64,000 nt of DNA from Mobula hypostoma (lineage: Eukaryota), in contig NC_086105.1 in assembly GCF_963921235.1 (NCBI RefSeq), positions 113,894,001 to 113,958,000 of the forward strand, in the 5' to 3' direction. Positions within the stretch are counted from its first letter, which is position 1, and each line of letters begins with the position of its first letter. The notes below the pieces were generated by a model. It saw nothing but the letters and a program-made list of their open reading frames with translations. It was not told the DNA's origin and did no database searches. The translations under genes were made by a program, and so were the position numbers. Below are positions 11,586 through 24,299 of the stretch, piece after piece.

Positions 11586-14500
11586 GTTATTTTGCTGGTG
11601 TTTATATAAATACTGCCCCATTTCTACTTCAAATAATTCACCATTTACACATCAGCAGCCAATTCACAATGCCTGGAACCATATAAAGGAAAACAAACCA
11701 CAGGAAAGGCATGTAAAGATTACTCTTTAATACATATTCTTAATGGTCATTAAAAACCAATGCTGAAGAGAGTATCAGTGAACTTCCCCTCCAGCTTTGC
11801 AGCCATTTTTGATATTGTGAATAACCATAAACAGAAACATAATAATCATAGGAAACACAAAAAACAGTGCCTTTTCTTAAAATAAAAAAAACTTTCAAAC
11901 TTAGCCCGTCATTAACATCCCTCAGTTACATTGAAATCACATTCAGATTGCTGTTAATAAAAGCAGAATGACTCCTCTCTCTTTAGCCTTACTAAACATA
12001 CATCCAGAATAAAATGCAAATATATCCATGGAAAGTTTTTGTTTTAAAAACAGTTTTTACTTGTTATGTTCATAGATCCATTGTATACTAAATTCAAACT
12101 TGGTTCCATTGCTGAAGAATAAGTGCCAAACTGCCTCAGTGGGATCTTTCGACACTCAGTAGTGCCTCTTTAGCACGGACCATCCATGTGCAGGTGCTTG
12201 TTGTCTGTTATTAATGCTTTTTTTGCATACAATTCCACAGTGCCGCAAGTTGAGGTGCCACAAAAAAAAGTCAGTGCAACTGACTACTGACATCAAAGTG
12301 AAATTCCTCATCTCTTTAAGAAAAGAGGCTGCAGAGAAGAGAGTAAAGATCTAAAGCAGTTCATAATATTCAAATTGTAAAAGATAAAATATATTTCATG
12401 AATTTCTTGCACAGGCCCTTGATATAAATGCATAATTGGGAATATGCTTCCTCAATAATTGAATGGAAAAGAGAAGCAGAGTGTTCTGAAATTCTTCTTT
12501 GGACATACCCTAAACAAATAAGAAATCCCTAGAACCCAATAATTTTTCAAAACAGCAAAGAACCTTGTTACTTAATTTCTCAATTTCACACAAATTTGAT
12601 ATTATGTACCTTGAATCCAATTATCTTGTGATTGCTTAGTTATTTCCTCAAAACTAAATCTAACATTGAGTGTGCATCTTCTTTGTACAGACTGCATTGT
12701 TACAAACACTGGGATATTATCAAAATAACTTCAGAGCATGAAACAGTACCATTAAAATCCAAAATGATTATTCAAAGTATGAAATTCAGACATTCCACCT
12801 CCTCTCATCAAATATTGCCACACAACATATACAACTTCTTGAGGCTTTAAACATTTTAGACATTATTAATCACTCTATTCAGCTGTGTAATATCATTACA
12901 CAATGCAGAGGAATTCCTTGACTATTATGTACAGTATGCAAAAAATGGATTTAAAGTTAGATTACCGTTTTTAGTACAAATAATCAAAACATATTTTGGT
13001 TGCTTTACTGATATTACTTTCTGTTCCTCTCCTGAAAACTCCACTACAATATGGATCCACAGGACTAGGGTGCTCTCCAGTGGCCATACTTTATGCATGC
13101 TGCAACAATCACTGTTGAGTTACCTTTAAGATGTGGAACATCACAGCAGAACCTGATCCAGTTACCACTTGCTACAACAGATAGTCTAAATGACTGGAAA
13201 AGGGCTTGCTGATGATTCAGTGTCACTCTGAGCAATTCATTCACCTATTAAAAGTCACTGGGAGCACTTGATGTTACAATTATAATTGGATACTAATTGG
13301 CCTGATGAGAAACTGTAATGTATTTTGGTTTTATTACAGAACAATGCAATACTGATAAACGTTATATTTTAAAATGGGACGCTAGATTCAAACCTATGCT
13401 GATATTCTGAATAATCTAGATATGGAGGTATATGGAAGCATTCTTCTCCTATAGCTATTCTTTTTGACAAAAGGCAAACCACAAACATGGTTGTGATTGT
13501 TTTAAATCAACTACTTGCAGCAACTATATTGAAACTGGCTTAATCTTCAACAGGTCAGTCACTATTCTTTTATGTGGCATCACAAAGATGGAATAAACAT
13601 AAATAGTGCTCTGTTCCATCATTCTGATTTAGAAGTTTGAGAATCTTAGCTTGAAAATAAAGGAGGTGCATTAAAGTCTTGCTGATTAGATATGAAACCA
13701 CTGAAACATTCAGTGAGAGAAAGTCAGGAAGGGCACATATGAAAATTGGATGGGAAAGTACTTATTAAAGTAAGTTGAGTAGCTTACAAAGAGATTAATA
13801 TATAACTGTTCTACGGGGTTAATGAGAAGAAATCCATTTTGCAGTTATTATCTGTAACTTTTCCTATAATTGTTTTATGTAAAAACCTAACCTTCAGCAC
13901 AGTTTAAAACCTGAAAAAGTATTTTAATCAGCACGCTGAAGCAAAATTCTGCAGATGCTGGAAATCAATAATGAAAATGTAAATGATACTGCATTTCCAG
14001 TATTTTGTATACTACTTTAATTACCATTCTTTATACCAGTTTCTCAATAGAAACAATTCATCATGGTTATGCATTTTTGGTAAGAAAGCTACAACAGTTA
14101 TATCCGAATGAGTATTTCTCTTTCTACCTCCTAAATGTTTTAAGTATTGCACATTTCCGAGCTGCATTTTGTCTTTTTCATTCTAATTGAACTTTACCAT
14201 TAGCTTTCAACTGATTAAAACACTTACCAACAGTGAGGAAAAGATAATAATTCACTGCTGTCTTTAAATAACATGAGATGCATTGTTACTACTTGGATAA
14301 TGTGGAGATGTAAGGGGAGATTAAACTACCAGGGGATTCTAAAGACAACCAAGAAAACCAGACAAATACAGCAATAATTTCCAGGAAGGAATTGCGGCAA
14401 AAAACCAAAGCAAGCAGTCACAATTCTTAATCCATGCTTGAGCCATGAGAAGTTCTACTCTGCCTGAATTTACTTGTCATTATAAAGTATTAGGAAGGTG

Positions 14501-16530
14501 AAATCTGTTGATTGTAGGATGCATAACTGCAGAGTAGTTCACCCAACTGCCTCCTTGGCAGGTGAAAAACCAAGGTACTAGGTGAGAAATTTTTATTTGG
14601 GAGGTAGATAGTGCATGTGGTTATTTGTTGGTACAGGAGTAGTGTACACAAGATGAAGTAGTAATGCACATGGATGATTCTGCTTGATGCTACTTCTTTT
14701 TCTCTACAACTTAAACCACAATCCAAAGAACCTTTTTTGTGTAATGAAGTGCATGCTTGAATACATATAACAGATGTGGGTCACAAACAGTGCCTTAGAG
14801 TAAAATACACAAATCATGTGAAGAAAATAATTAGTTCTCTGTTTTAGTCTTCAGGATGTTTTCAAATTAAGTTCCATGAGCTCAAACAGAAACATTTCGG
14901 ATTTTGAAAAAAAAAATAAGATCGAGGAGAATGGATTTGAATACAAGTTAGTATGAGTGCTGGTGGGATGGAGTGGCAGGTGTTTGTGGGGCAGGGGGAG
15001 AGGAGAACTATCTTGTCCTATGTCAAAATATTCATATATTTTTACACAGAATACTTACATCTAGGATCATATTCGTCTTCATTGGTTCATAACATCTACA
15101 ATTTCTACCACAATGTCACGTGGCAACTTATTAAAAGATCCTCTGAAGCAGCAGTCAGTAACAATAAAATTAATGCAATTTGAATCTCTCCTGAAATTGT
15201 AAATATTTCTTTACATTCAATCCAACAACTGTATAGGCAGTGACAATAAACTTCACTTGAATACTTAATTGAGGTGTCCGACCTTCAAAACTGTCCACCT
15301 TTGTCAAGAACTCATATTGTTTTAAAAATCCAAGTAGCTAATCAGAAATGTATTGAAAGTAAAAGTAGCCGTAATACAACAATCAGCAGAATCATGAGAA
15401 ATCAAAAAAAAGTTATTTTCATAGAGTTTTTTTTACCCTAACTTATTCAAATCTAATCCAATTATGTAACCGGATTTTGCAGCAATGATTGGAAAAAAGA
15501 TATTCCATGCCCCTAGTGCCGTTTAAAAAATGATCAGATTTAACAAGTTTTGCATCATGATAAGTTGTTGCACTTTCCTTTAAAGTACTTTTATACAAGT
15601 TTCTGCTTTTAATATCTATGGGAAAATGTGTATTAAAGTTGTGAAAATAATGTTTTTGACTGTCATGGAAAATGGGCATTTTTGGAGTTACGCATCCATT
15701 TTACAGATCTATGAATAACTAAACATTATAAAGTGAAACATTTACGTTATATTACTGTCCTTCAGAAATGAAATGATAACACCTTAATTTTGGATTTTTT
15801 AAAGAAAAATACTATGAAAGATTCTTCAAAGTTTTTTTATACATACAATCCACATTTACGGTACAATATTAAATGCTCCATGGTGACCCACACAGTGAGC
15901 AAAACAGTTTCGATATTTAATAAACCTATTAGGTGACCATATAATAACTGTCCAGCAGGTAATTTTTTAACCAATTTGGTGTAGACTGCTTCAGGACTCC
16001 TTTGGATGGCAATCTCTGTTACCTAGCATTTTTGAAAAATTAGTATTTATGTGCTACAATTAAATGACATGATCCTAAAATTATGTTACGTCAAATCAAA
16101 GAATCAGCACAAGTTATTTTGCACAAATGCCACTTTGTTGAGAATTTCATAACAAAATTTAAAACTACACTATTAATTTAAAAATAAAACTCCAAATGTG
16201 TAGAAGTTGTTCAAATATTGACTTTATTTCTGCTTTATGTCTCATATATGCATAATAAAGCAAATAGTCGAGGCTGAGAATATTACTTTCTCATTTCATT
16301 GAAAGGCTTGATGAAATGGTCAACTTAATGAATGTAATTGGGTGGCATGGGCCCTTTGGACTGGAAGGGCCTGTTAATGTGTTGAATCTGTTTAACAAAA
16401 TTGTCTTTCTGACAAGAAGCCAAATATTTTGCTCTACAAGACATCATCATTTCAGAAAATCTCCTATCCAACAACTGTTAAAGTGGGTAAAGTGTTAAAT
16501 ACACATTTCCATTGGGGGGGGAGGAGAGAG

Positions 16531-16581
16531 TGTGTGTGAGTGTGTGTGAATGTGTGTATATACACACACACACACACACAC
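16531..16581. repeat. Imperfect (TG)n-(TA)-(CA)n microsatellite
   Basis: Read directly from the sequence. Confidence 0.9.
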
Positions 16582-19500
16582 GTCATAAAGCTTTTATTAA
16601 TGATTATTATTCAAAATTATTTTAAAATTGTCAGAGAATATTTCTACAGAAAGAAATTGCTTTTTTCAGGTTTAAACATGGAGGTTTACAAGTGCTTATT
16701 CCAATGCAACTAAATGTAGCTGCTGTTTCAATTTTCAGTATTTTGTTTTGCTTTTCAAACTAATTAGAAGAGCTATTCTCCAACAAAATTTGAAGAACCA
16801 AGTTTGTGGATATCTCCATGACATTTGTTAATACAGCTTGTGCCTTCATTTCCAAATTTCTCCTCTAAAAAGTAAATGTACCTAGGTGTCAGGATGAGGG
16901 GAAAAGAACCATTTCTCTCTCCTACTTGATACAAACTCAGCATCCACTTGCTCAGAAATACTGATACTCCAGGATCTGGCTGACTAATTAGTTATCAACC
17001 AGCAGTGCAAGATGCAGCACTATGATAGGCCAGAGCTCAGGATCAGCATGACCAGGGCCAAGATCTTCAACACTAGTGATCAGGAACTTGGGTAGCTTTA
17101 TGGCTGGAACTGGTGTCCAGAGTGCTAGTATCTTTCCAGCTCCCTTTATGCTCACCAGAAAATTTACTACACTACTGTATAATATGTAAAAAAAAGATAT
17201 AAATGTGCTTGGATATTATTAGGAGTAATGTTCAATAGTCTAGAAATTCAGCTAGTCCAACCATGCCAAATCACTTTTTCTATCTTTCTCATTACATAAA
17301 ATTTTATTGCAATTTGAGAACTTGCGCAATATTTACAAAGGCAGATTTCAATAATTTTCTCAATCTCATTAATCTTATTTGTTTTTCCTCAACATAAGGT
17401 ATTGTAAGATATTTCATACTATGGTAATGAAATTACCATGAAATAGAAGCCTTCTGCCTATTGTGCTTGCTGCCAATATATCGTGATTAGACTCAGTACT
17501 AGTGAACATAAATGAACAGAAGCACGATGTATTGCCCAAAGTACTTGACTGCAAAACACATATGCTATGGCAATTTTATCCCACCAAATACTAGCTAATA
17601 ACAACCATCAGTACAAAAATGCAGTATTACACACTGTCCTTGCTAAACTGAGTCAGTGCTTGATGAGGTAAAGCATAAAAGACTAAGAGCAACGATTATT
17701 CAAAGTTCACAACTTTGCCCTATGATAAACCATATGTACTTCCCTATGCGGTGCTATGTTCATGAATGTTTCCTACTGTCAATTTTTTTAAAAACTAATT
17801 CAAGCATTCAAGAACACTGTATGATCTGCGATGTTTAATTATAATAGAGAACCATTAACAAGCTCTATAAAAAGCACAAGTCCATTTCTAGTCTCCCTAT
17901 TGCACACAGTTTTCTGGAATGTGTTACAATAGCAAACAGTACAGAACTTTCCAAAAAAAAAGTCAGTATTTCAAACTTAATTTCAAAAAATGTGAAGAAA
18001 ATTGGGTTAATACTCAAATGATGCCTGCCAGGATTTTGCAACCATTTAAAATTCACATCAATTAATAGATTTCAAGTTCATTTTGACATAATGACCACAA
18101 AAATCCACAAAGGACAAAAAAAAAGATGATGTTGTTGATAATCTTTGTAACTGGTTCCACTAAAGAAATTGACAGGGCACAGACGTGATGGAGCAAAGAG
18201 CGGTTGCTGACCTGTCCAGTTCTCGGGATACTGAGATCCAGAGAGCCTCTTACCAAAGCCAGTAATCTCAGAAAGATAACATGGAAGTGCATTGCAGTAG
18301 TAAAGACATGAATAATCTTGTATTGATAGCTAACATTCAATATTAGTGAATTCAAAATTAAACTCCAATTATTCCTTCCCTTGTCATCTTCAAAGGGTTA
18401 GACTTCAGCACTCCTCACTTCCATGTCAGGAATAAACCTGGTAGGACCAAACGTACCAAGAGCCAAGGAGTTTTAACACAGGAAATCTTTACTGCCATAC
18501 CTCACCAGATGTTAAAGTCTAGGTAGTAGCGCTGTCACCACAAGAGTATCCTGGAACTGATGTGTGGCTGAGATTTGACGTTATCTGATGGTTTTAGTAG
18601 CAAAGACAAATTATCTTCCTGGAAAAGCAGCAACTGTCAGAATTCAAAATTAGAAATGTTCCTACCATTCTGCATTAAAGGCATCAACATCTTTGTTAAT
18701 TCTATTTCCCTTACATTGTGCATATCTCTTGGGTAATGTTTAAATATTGTTAAAATATAACCAATTAATGAATGATTGTAATAGGACACAATCCCTTCAC
18801 AAAGGGAAGGGAGCAATACCCTGATCTTTTTCTTTTCCAGTTCATCCTAAAATGTGTCATCCCACATTAAATGAACTGCTATAAAGAATACTGAACTAGA
18901 TACCTACATTTTACCTGCAAACTATTCCAAACAAATATACTCAAACAATTAATAAAAGTGTCAAACCTAGATTTTATAATTCATATAATAAAATGGAATA
19001 GTTTTAAAATTATTTTCAACATGCCAAGTTTCTGAAAATGTCATTCTTTTTCTTCTCTACCCTCTATTCTTTGAGGTGTATTTATAGTTCAAGAATTTTG
19101 GGACTTGCCTTTGCAGCACTATTATTAGATGTCTTTATTATACTTATGTAAATTTGTGACCTACCATTATTTCCAAATTCCTGCTGCAGTTACACATATT
19201 CAAGTTTTAAAATACACTTAAAAATAGACTTTGGACCTGGGTGAACTGAATTTCAAACAATGTGGGATAAATTACTGACGGCAGTAATATTGTTCTGCAA
19301 TAATAGTGCTGTTGAGCTCAGACCACTGATTATTTTAAGATTTAACAATATGAAATAAACTTCATGTTATAACTACGAGTGGGGCTTAGAAATATAAAAG
19401 CAGCATAGTGTTGCAATAAGAAAACAAAAAAAATGCAATTTCATCAGATCTAATTGTAGTCAGTCTTTGTCTCACCAGAAGATGTGAACAGTGTTCAACC

Positions 19501-19618
19501 TGACATTCTCTGGCCACTTTTCCTTCAGTTTTCCAAATTTAATTCGGAATATAAACATTATTATTTGAATTGACTGAGATAAACATGAAGTTGAATCAGA
19601 ATAATAAGATTAATCTAA

Positions 19619-19995
19619 AGCAACACACACAAAATGCTGAAGGAACTCAGCAGGTCAAGCAGCATCTATGAAAATTAATAATTGTCAACATTTCGGACTG
19701 AAGATTCTTCTTCAGGACTGAAAAGGAAGGGGGAAGATGCCAGAATAAAAAAAAGTTGGGGAGAGGGGAAGGAGACTAGCTGGAAAATGATAAGTAAAGC
19801 CAGGTGGGTGGGAAAGCTCAAGGATTGGAGAAGAAGGAATCTGATGGTAGGAGAGGAGAATGGACCATAGGACAAAGGGAAGGAGAAGGGGACCCAGGGG
19901 GAAATAACAGGCAGGTGAGAAGTGAAAGTTCAGAATGGGTAATCGAGGAAAGGAGGGTGCAGGTGGGAAGAAAATCAGTTTACTGGAAGGTGAAA
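19619..19995 (-). mobile_element. Penelope-like pLTR fragment within the putative FOXK1 3' UTR
   Basis: caacacacacaaaatgctgaaggaactcagc... plus a purine-rich tract; homologous to 3900-4210. Confidence 0.85.
19682..19720 (-). ncRNA. Degenerate minimal hammerhead ribozyme
   Basis: Reverse complement CAGUC-CUGAAGA-AGAAUCUUCAGUCC-GAAAUGUU-GACAA; core boxes kept, stems I and II eroded. Confidence 0.55.
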
Positions 19996-21039
19996 TCTTT
20001 GAAGTGCTGCACATTAAGATGGGTAAAAACCAAGATCAGAGCTCTTCTATTGTATGGGGGTTGCAGGGAGTTCTTGTGAATGACCAAAAATAGACACTCC
20101 GAAAAATGTATTTCACTTAATCAGCTTTGTTTTGTAACCTTTTAAGCAGACACAGCATTTTCTTCATGATAATTTTAATTACCCATATCAATTTTTAAAA
20201 AATTAATCTGCAGTGCTATATAACAGAAGGAATTTTAAATAAAAATAGACAATAACTACCCCATTTAACAATTTTGATTTTGCATTCTGACATTACAGAA
20301 TCCTAGATATAAAAATCACATTGAATATTGAAATACAAATCCAACCATTTTCTAATACCTTTTCAATTCAATGTTCTGAAAGATCTTTACATTATTACTT
20401 AGATTAGGACCAGAAGATTAAGATTGAAATTCCAGAATTTAAAGGGTTGGAAGAGGAATTGCAACTCAAGAGTAAGAAATGCTTGTTATAACCACCAGGG
20501 ATACATCAAATGAGGGGAAAAAAAAGGCTTGGAAGAATACAAACTTCACTTGTATTTTTCACATCTCCAACCGTGGGGATGAATAGTTTTCAGATTGAAA
20601 GCGGAAAATTCCTTGCAATAAAGGTCCAGTATTCATTTCAAATTCATCAGATCATATGTACAGAGGAAAACCAGTAAAACAAGGCAAGGCAAACCTCTAT
20701 GTACACCTGTTCACAAATCCACAAGAGGTTCTCAATTCTTAAGGGTCATTTCTGAAATGAGGTAATACACTTTGCGTAAGGGATTTCCACTGTATTCACC
20801 ATAACGCACTGTTAAAATACTGCAACACCACAGAGGCCCTGCAATGCCACTCTTTGCATAAACCACATTTTTTTCTCATTATACAAGCTTCTGGTCAAAG
20901 CTAATCACTTTAATTGTGAGCATGTAAACTGCTATCAACTTTGTTTACATGTTTTCATGCCCTTTAGTAATGGAGCAGGTGAGAAGTGATTATCACACAA
21001 AGACAGGGGAAAAAAGCCTCCTTGAAGAAATATATCCCC

Positions 21040-21330
21040 ACGAAGAAATCTCTAGCTCATGATCACTCAAAGTGCAGAAACTCTTAGAATAGGTCCAAGA
21101 ACCATAAACCATGAATTGGATGAACACAAATGCACTGCAAAAGATCAGAAGATGCATACTGCCTCACAACTACATACCTGTCCATCCCATTTGCACATTA
21201 TGCCCTATCTGTAGAAGAAATATGTGGTTCTCTCATTGGCCTCATTAGCCACCTCAAAACCCACAAAACCAGAGTGGAACTAAGTCAACCTTGATGCCAA
21301 ATTGACTGCCTAATGAAGATGAAAATGAAG
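21040..21330 (+). mobile_element. Old RTE-like LINE 3' fragment
   Basis: Terminal zinc-finger-like relic (C-P-I-C...SLIGLISHLKTH) and (atgaag)-type tail. Confidence 0.5.
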
Positions 21331-23217
21331 TTAATTTGGTTTTAGATTATTCTTCAAAATTGACAAAAGACTAGTTTATAAAATTTTTAGAAAACTTATT
21401 TTTTAATATATAAAATGTAGCTTCACGCCTTTGATTATGCAGTTTCATAAAGGGATGGTAGGGTACATATCTCCACTAATCTCAATGTTACTCCAGTCTG
21501 CCCAAAGAATGAATATTATTTAAGCCTTGTTACTGCACAAGTCTTGGACAATTCAAAGTATATATACAGTACTTACATCTGTTATTCTTTTCCAGGCAAT
21601 ATTGCTAATACCTACAAATTTGCCCTAGATCTGGTCAAGAAGCAGCACAAAATACATACCGGCTGTGATGCATAAAGTAAAAACAAAATTGATTTCTTCT
21701 TTGAAAAGCAATCTTTAGAAAAGAGTATATTAGAAATTTAGAGGGAAAATACAATTCATTAGCTTAGGCCAATTGATAATCTTGTACAAATTATGCCACA
21801 CCATTAATGTTTCTGATATGGTACACAAATAATATTCTCAAAAAGCAGACTATACTGTGATCAATTAGGTCCAAATTAACTTGTTGCACCAATTTCATAT
21901 CTTAAGATATTTGCATGTCTTATTTTTACAGAGTATTTAATTTTGTTTGTTTTACACACAATGACGCAATTAAGAGGCCAATTCCATAAACAATCTGGGT
22001 CAATTACAGGTGGTTCATTAGATTTAATACAGGGAATAAATCCAAAATTAACTGAACAATATAAATAGCTTGAGTCTATCTGCTATAATTTGATGTGACA
22101 TTTAAAAAACCTAATCACTCCTACATATCTTGTCATTTTCAGCAGATGTTGCTAGCTTCATTAATAAAATATTCAGATGTCCATGGCTGATTAACTGCCC
22201 ATTCTCAATGATCCCAATTACAGCACTGATTTTACAACTCATTAAATTACTTCAACAATTAAGATTTTGCTTTGCTAGTCATTAGTGGGCCACTACATAG
22301 TTTGAAATATCTTCACACACCATTGCAAGTTTGAGAAAGTGATTTATGAAGCAAGTTTCCATTTCAGAGTTTTGGGCAACTGAGCACTTAAAATGACTTC
22401 ACTGTGGGGAAATAATGTGGTTTGACAACATCAAGAGGAGATAATTATCTTTGTGTTAATGACACGAAGTGTAAGGAACCAGGATCACCTGATACCCTGC
22501 CCTTCAAAATTGTAGGCTTTAACAATAGTAGGAGTTATCCCACTTAAAGATAAATTTCAGTCAAAGAGAACCACCGCATACTATACCCCCAAACAACCAA
22601 GTTTCTTGGTTAGAATGGTTGTGGTCTTCACCAAGTGAGCCACACCAAGGATGCAGTTTTGCAAAGTGCAATGCAAGCAGAACAAACAAGCTGAACTTTG
22701 TGGCACCAGGTGAGAGCACAAAACGTCTTCACAATAACCTGGCGTAGCAATGTTCGACTTCAATTTTTTTGGAAAGACCACGTGCACATGTAAATGGCAA
22801 TTCAGCAGTACTCATAAGGTTTATAGTAATTATGTATTTAAGTCAACACAATTACAGAGTCCTATTTCCGTATCACCAAGTTATGTGCTTGGCAATATCC
22901 CACTGCTGTACTGAGGAATTCAAGTCATCTGCTTCCCTCCCACTAATTCTGCAGAACATTTTCTTTCAAATTAAGGCTTGTAAAATAACAACAAAGCCAG
23001 AATTATGGAAATGGATGTACTCTCCATCTCAGCCACTCTTAATCCTACAATCAGTTACCTTGTTTCCTCATTTAAAACATGAGCTTCAGTTCAAGACAGG
23101 CTCATTATTTTCCCCCTCTCTCCCATGAGCTTGGCACCTTGGAATTCTGTTTTTTTTTCTGTGGAACACCCAAAAACATCCTCGCCAATGTAACCTGTTT
23201 CTTGATTCCGGTTTGTT

Positions 23218-23429
23218 TTATTCACTGGTACCCTGTATCTGTGGACTTGAGGTGATCACAGCAAGACCAGAGCCTGATCCAGCTGACTCTTCCATCTTAG
23301 GTCGCTTGGCCTCAGGCTCACCAACAGATGAAGCTGAATGTTGCAGTTCTGTGACAAGTTGCTTGCTCACAACTACAGGCGAGGAAGATGTCGCCTGTGT
23401 AGCCAGGATCTGTAGTGGATTAGTAATGG
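23218..23429 (-). CDS. FOXK1: FOXK1 terminal coding exon (exon 9 equivalent), ends in TAA
   Basis: (T)ITNPLQILATQATSSSPVVVSKQLVTELQHSASSVGEPEAKRPKMEESAGSGSGLAVITSSPQIQGTSE*, resembling the FOXK1 C-terminus; strong polypyrimidine acceptor ttttcttcacttcctcag. Confidence 0.94.
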
Positions 23430-24299
23430 CTGAGGAAGTGAAGAAAATCACAAACAAAAAAAAATTATTTCATCTTGTTAAAAAATAAAATCTACAAGCA
23501 AAAACCATCATATAACAACACATAAAATGTTGGAAACACTCAGGATATGCATTAGTAGCCCTAGTGGTATATTTTAGGTCAATAACCTAACTATGCTTCA
23601 GGGACCTCATTGCTGACACAGCTGAAGATGGATCAGCTTAGGACACAATCCCAAGTAACTCCAGTTGCATCTTCCTTTATGGCCACAGCTGTGAAGAATT
23701 TTAGTGTGATTCTCATTGCCCCAATTTTGCTATGACTCCTTGATTCCACACACTGTCAAGAACAATCACTCTCCCTTTACCTCTGGATTTCTGCTCACTT
23801 GTCCATGATTGAACCAATGATGTAACATCTGAAGATAAGTGGCCCTGTCATAACCCAAGCTGAGCAGCAATATGCAGAGTGCAGGCTTGCAAGTGCTACC
23901 CAGTACCAATATTACCTTATTTCACTTTTCTGATAAATGATCTTAAGTTGACAAGGTGTTATTTTGCTGAATGCATTTTCCATTCCTAAATGCTGGTATT
24001 GTTTTTGGCATTGGCAATTTGGAGGATATTCCTTTAACATCATAGATAATTATCAGAATCTGCTACTTTATTGGAACTAATGCATATAGCCTTTTCTTGA
24101 CATTATGTGAAGTGAACTGGATCAAAAAACTTTTAAAAAAAAATAGGCAGACCAGGCGATGATATCTTAGACCCTGCTCTGCTATTCATTAAGATAACTG
24201 ATATATCACAATGTTATTGTCTTGCAGTATACCCTTAGTTCTCAATTCTCTAAAGATCTAGAAATCTATTGATCTGCCATACAAGGAAAGATAAGAGTT

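Larger units (their letters stand above)
13310..23217 (-). other. FOXK1: Putative very long FOXK1 3' UTR (distal end uncertain)
   Basis: AT-rich and almost TE-free compared with its flanks. Minus-strand AATAAA candidates at 16593-16598, 16223-16228 and 13330-13335; multiple miR-15/16 seed matches. Mammalian FOXK1 is known to have a multi-kb 3' UTR. Confidence 0.5.

Noticed and set aside
11141-11686. 181-aa ORF
   Set aside because: Read-through of a decayed Rex-Babar 3' end and its UTR.
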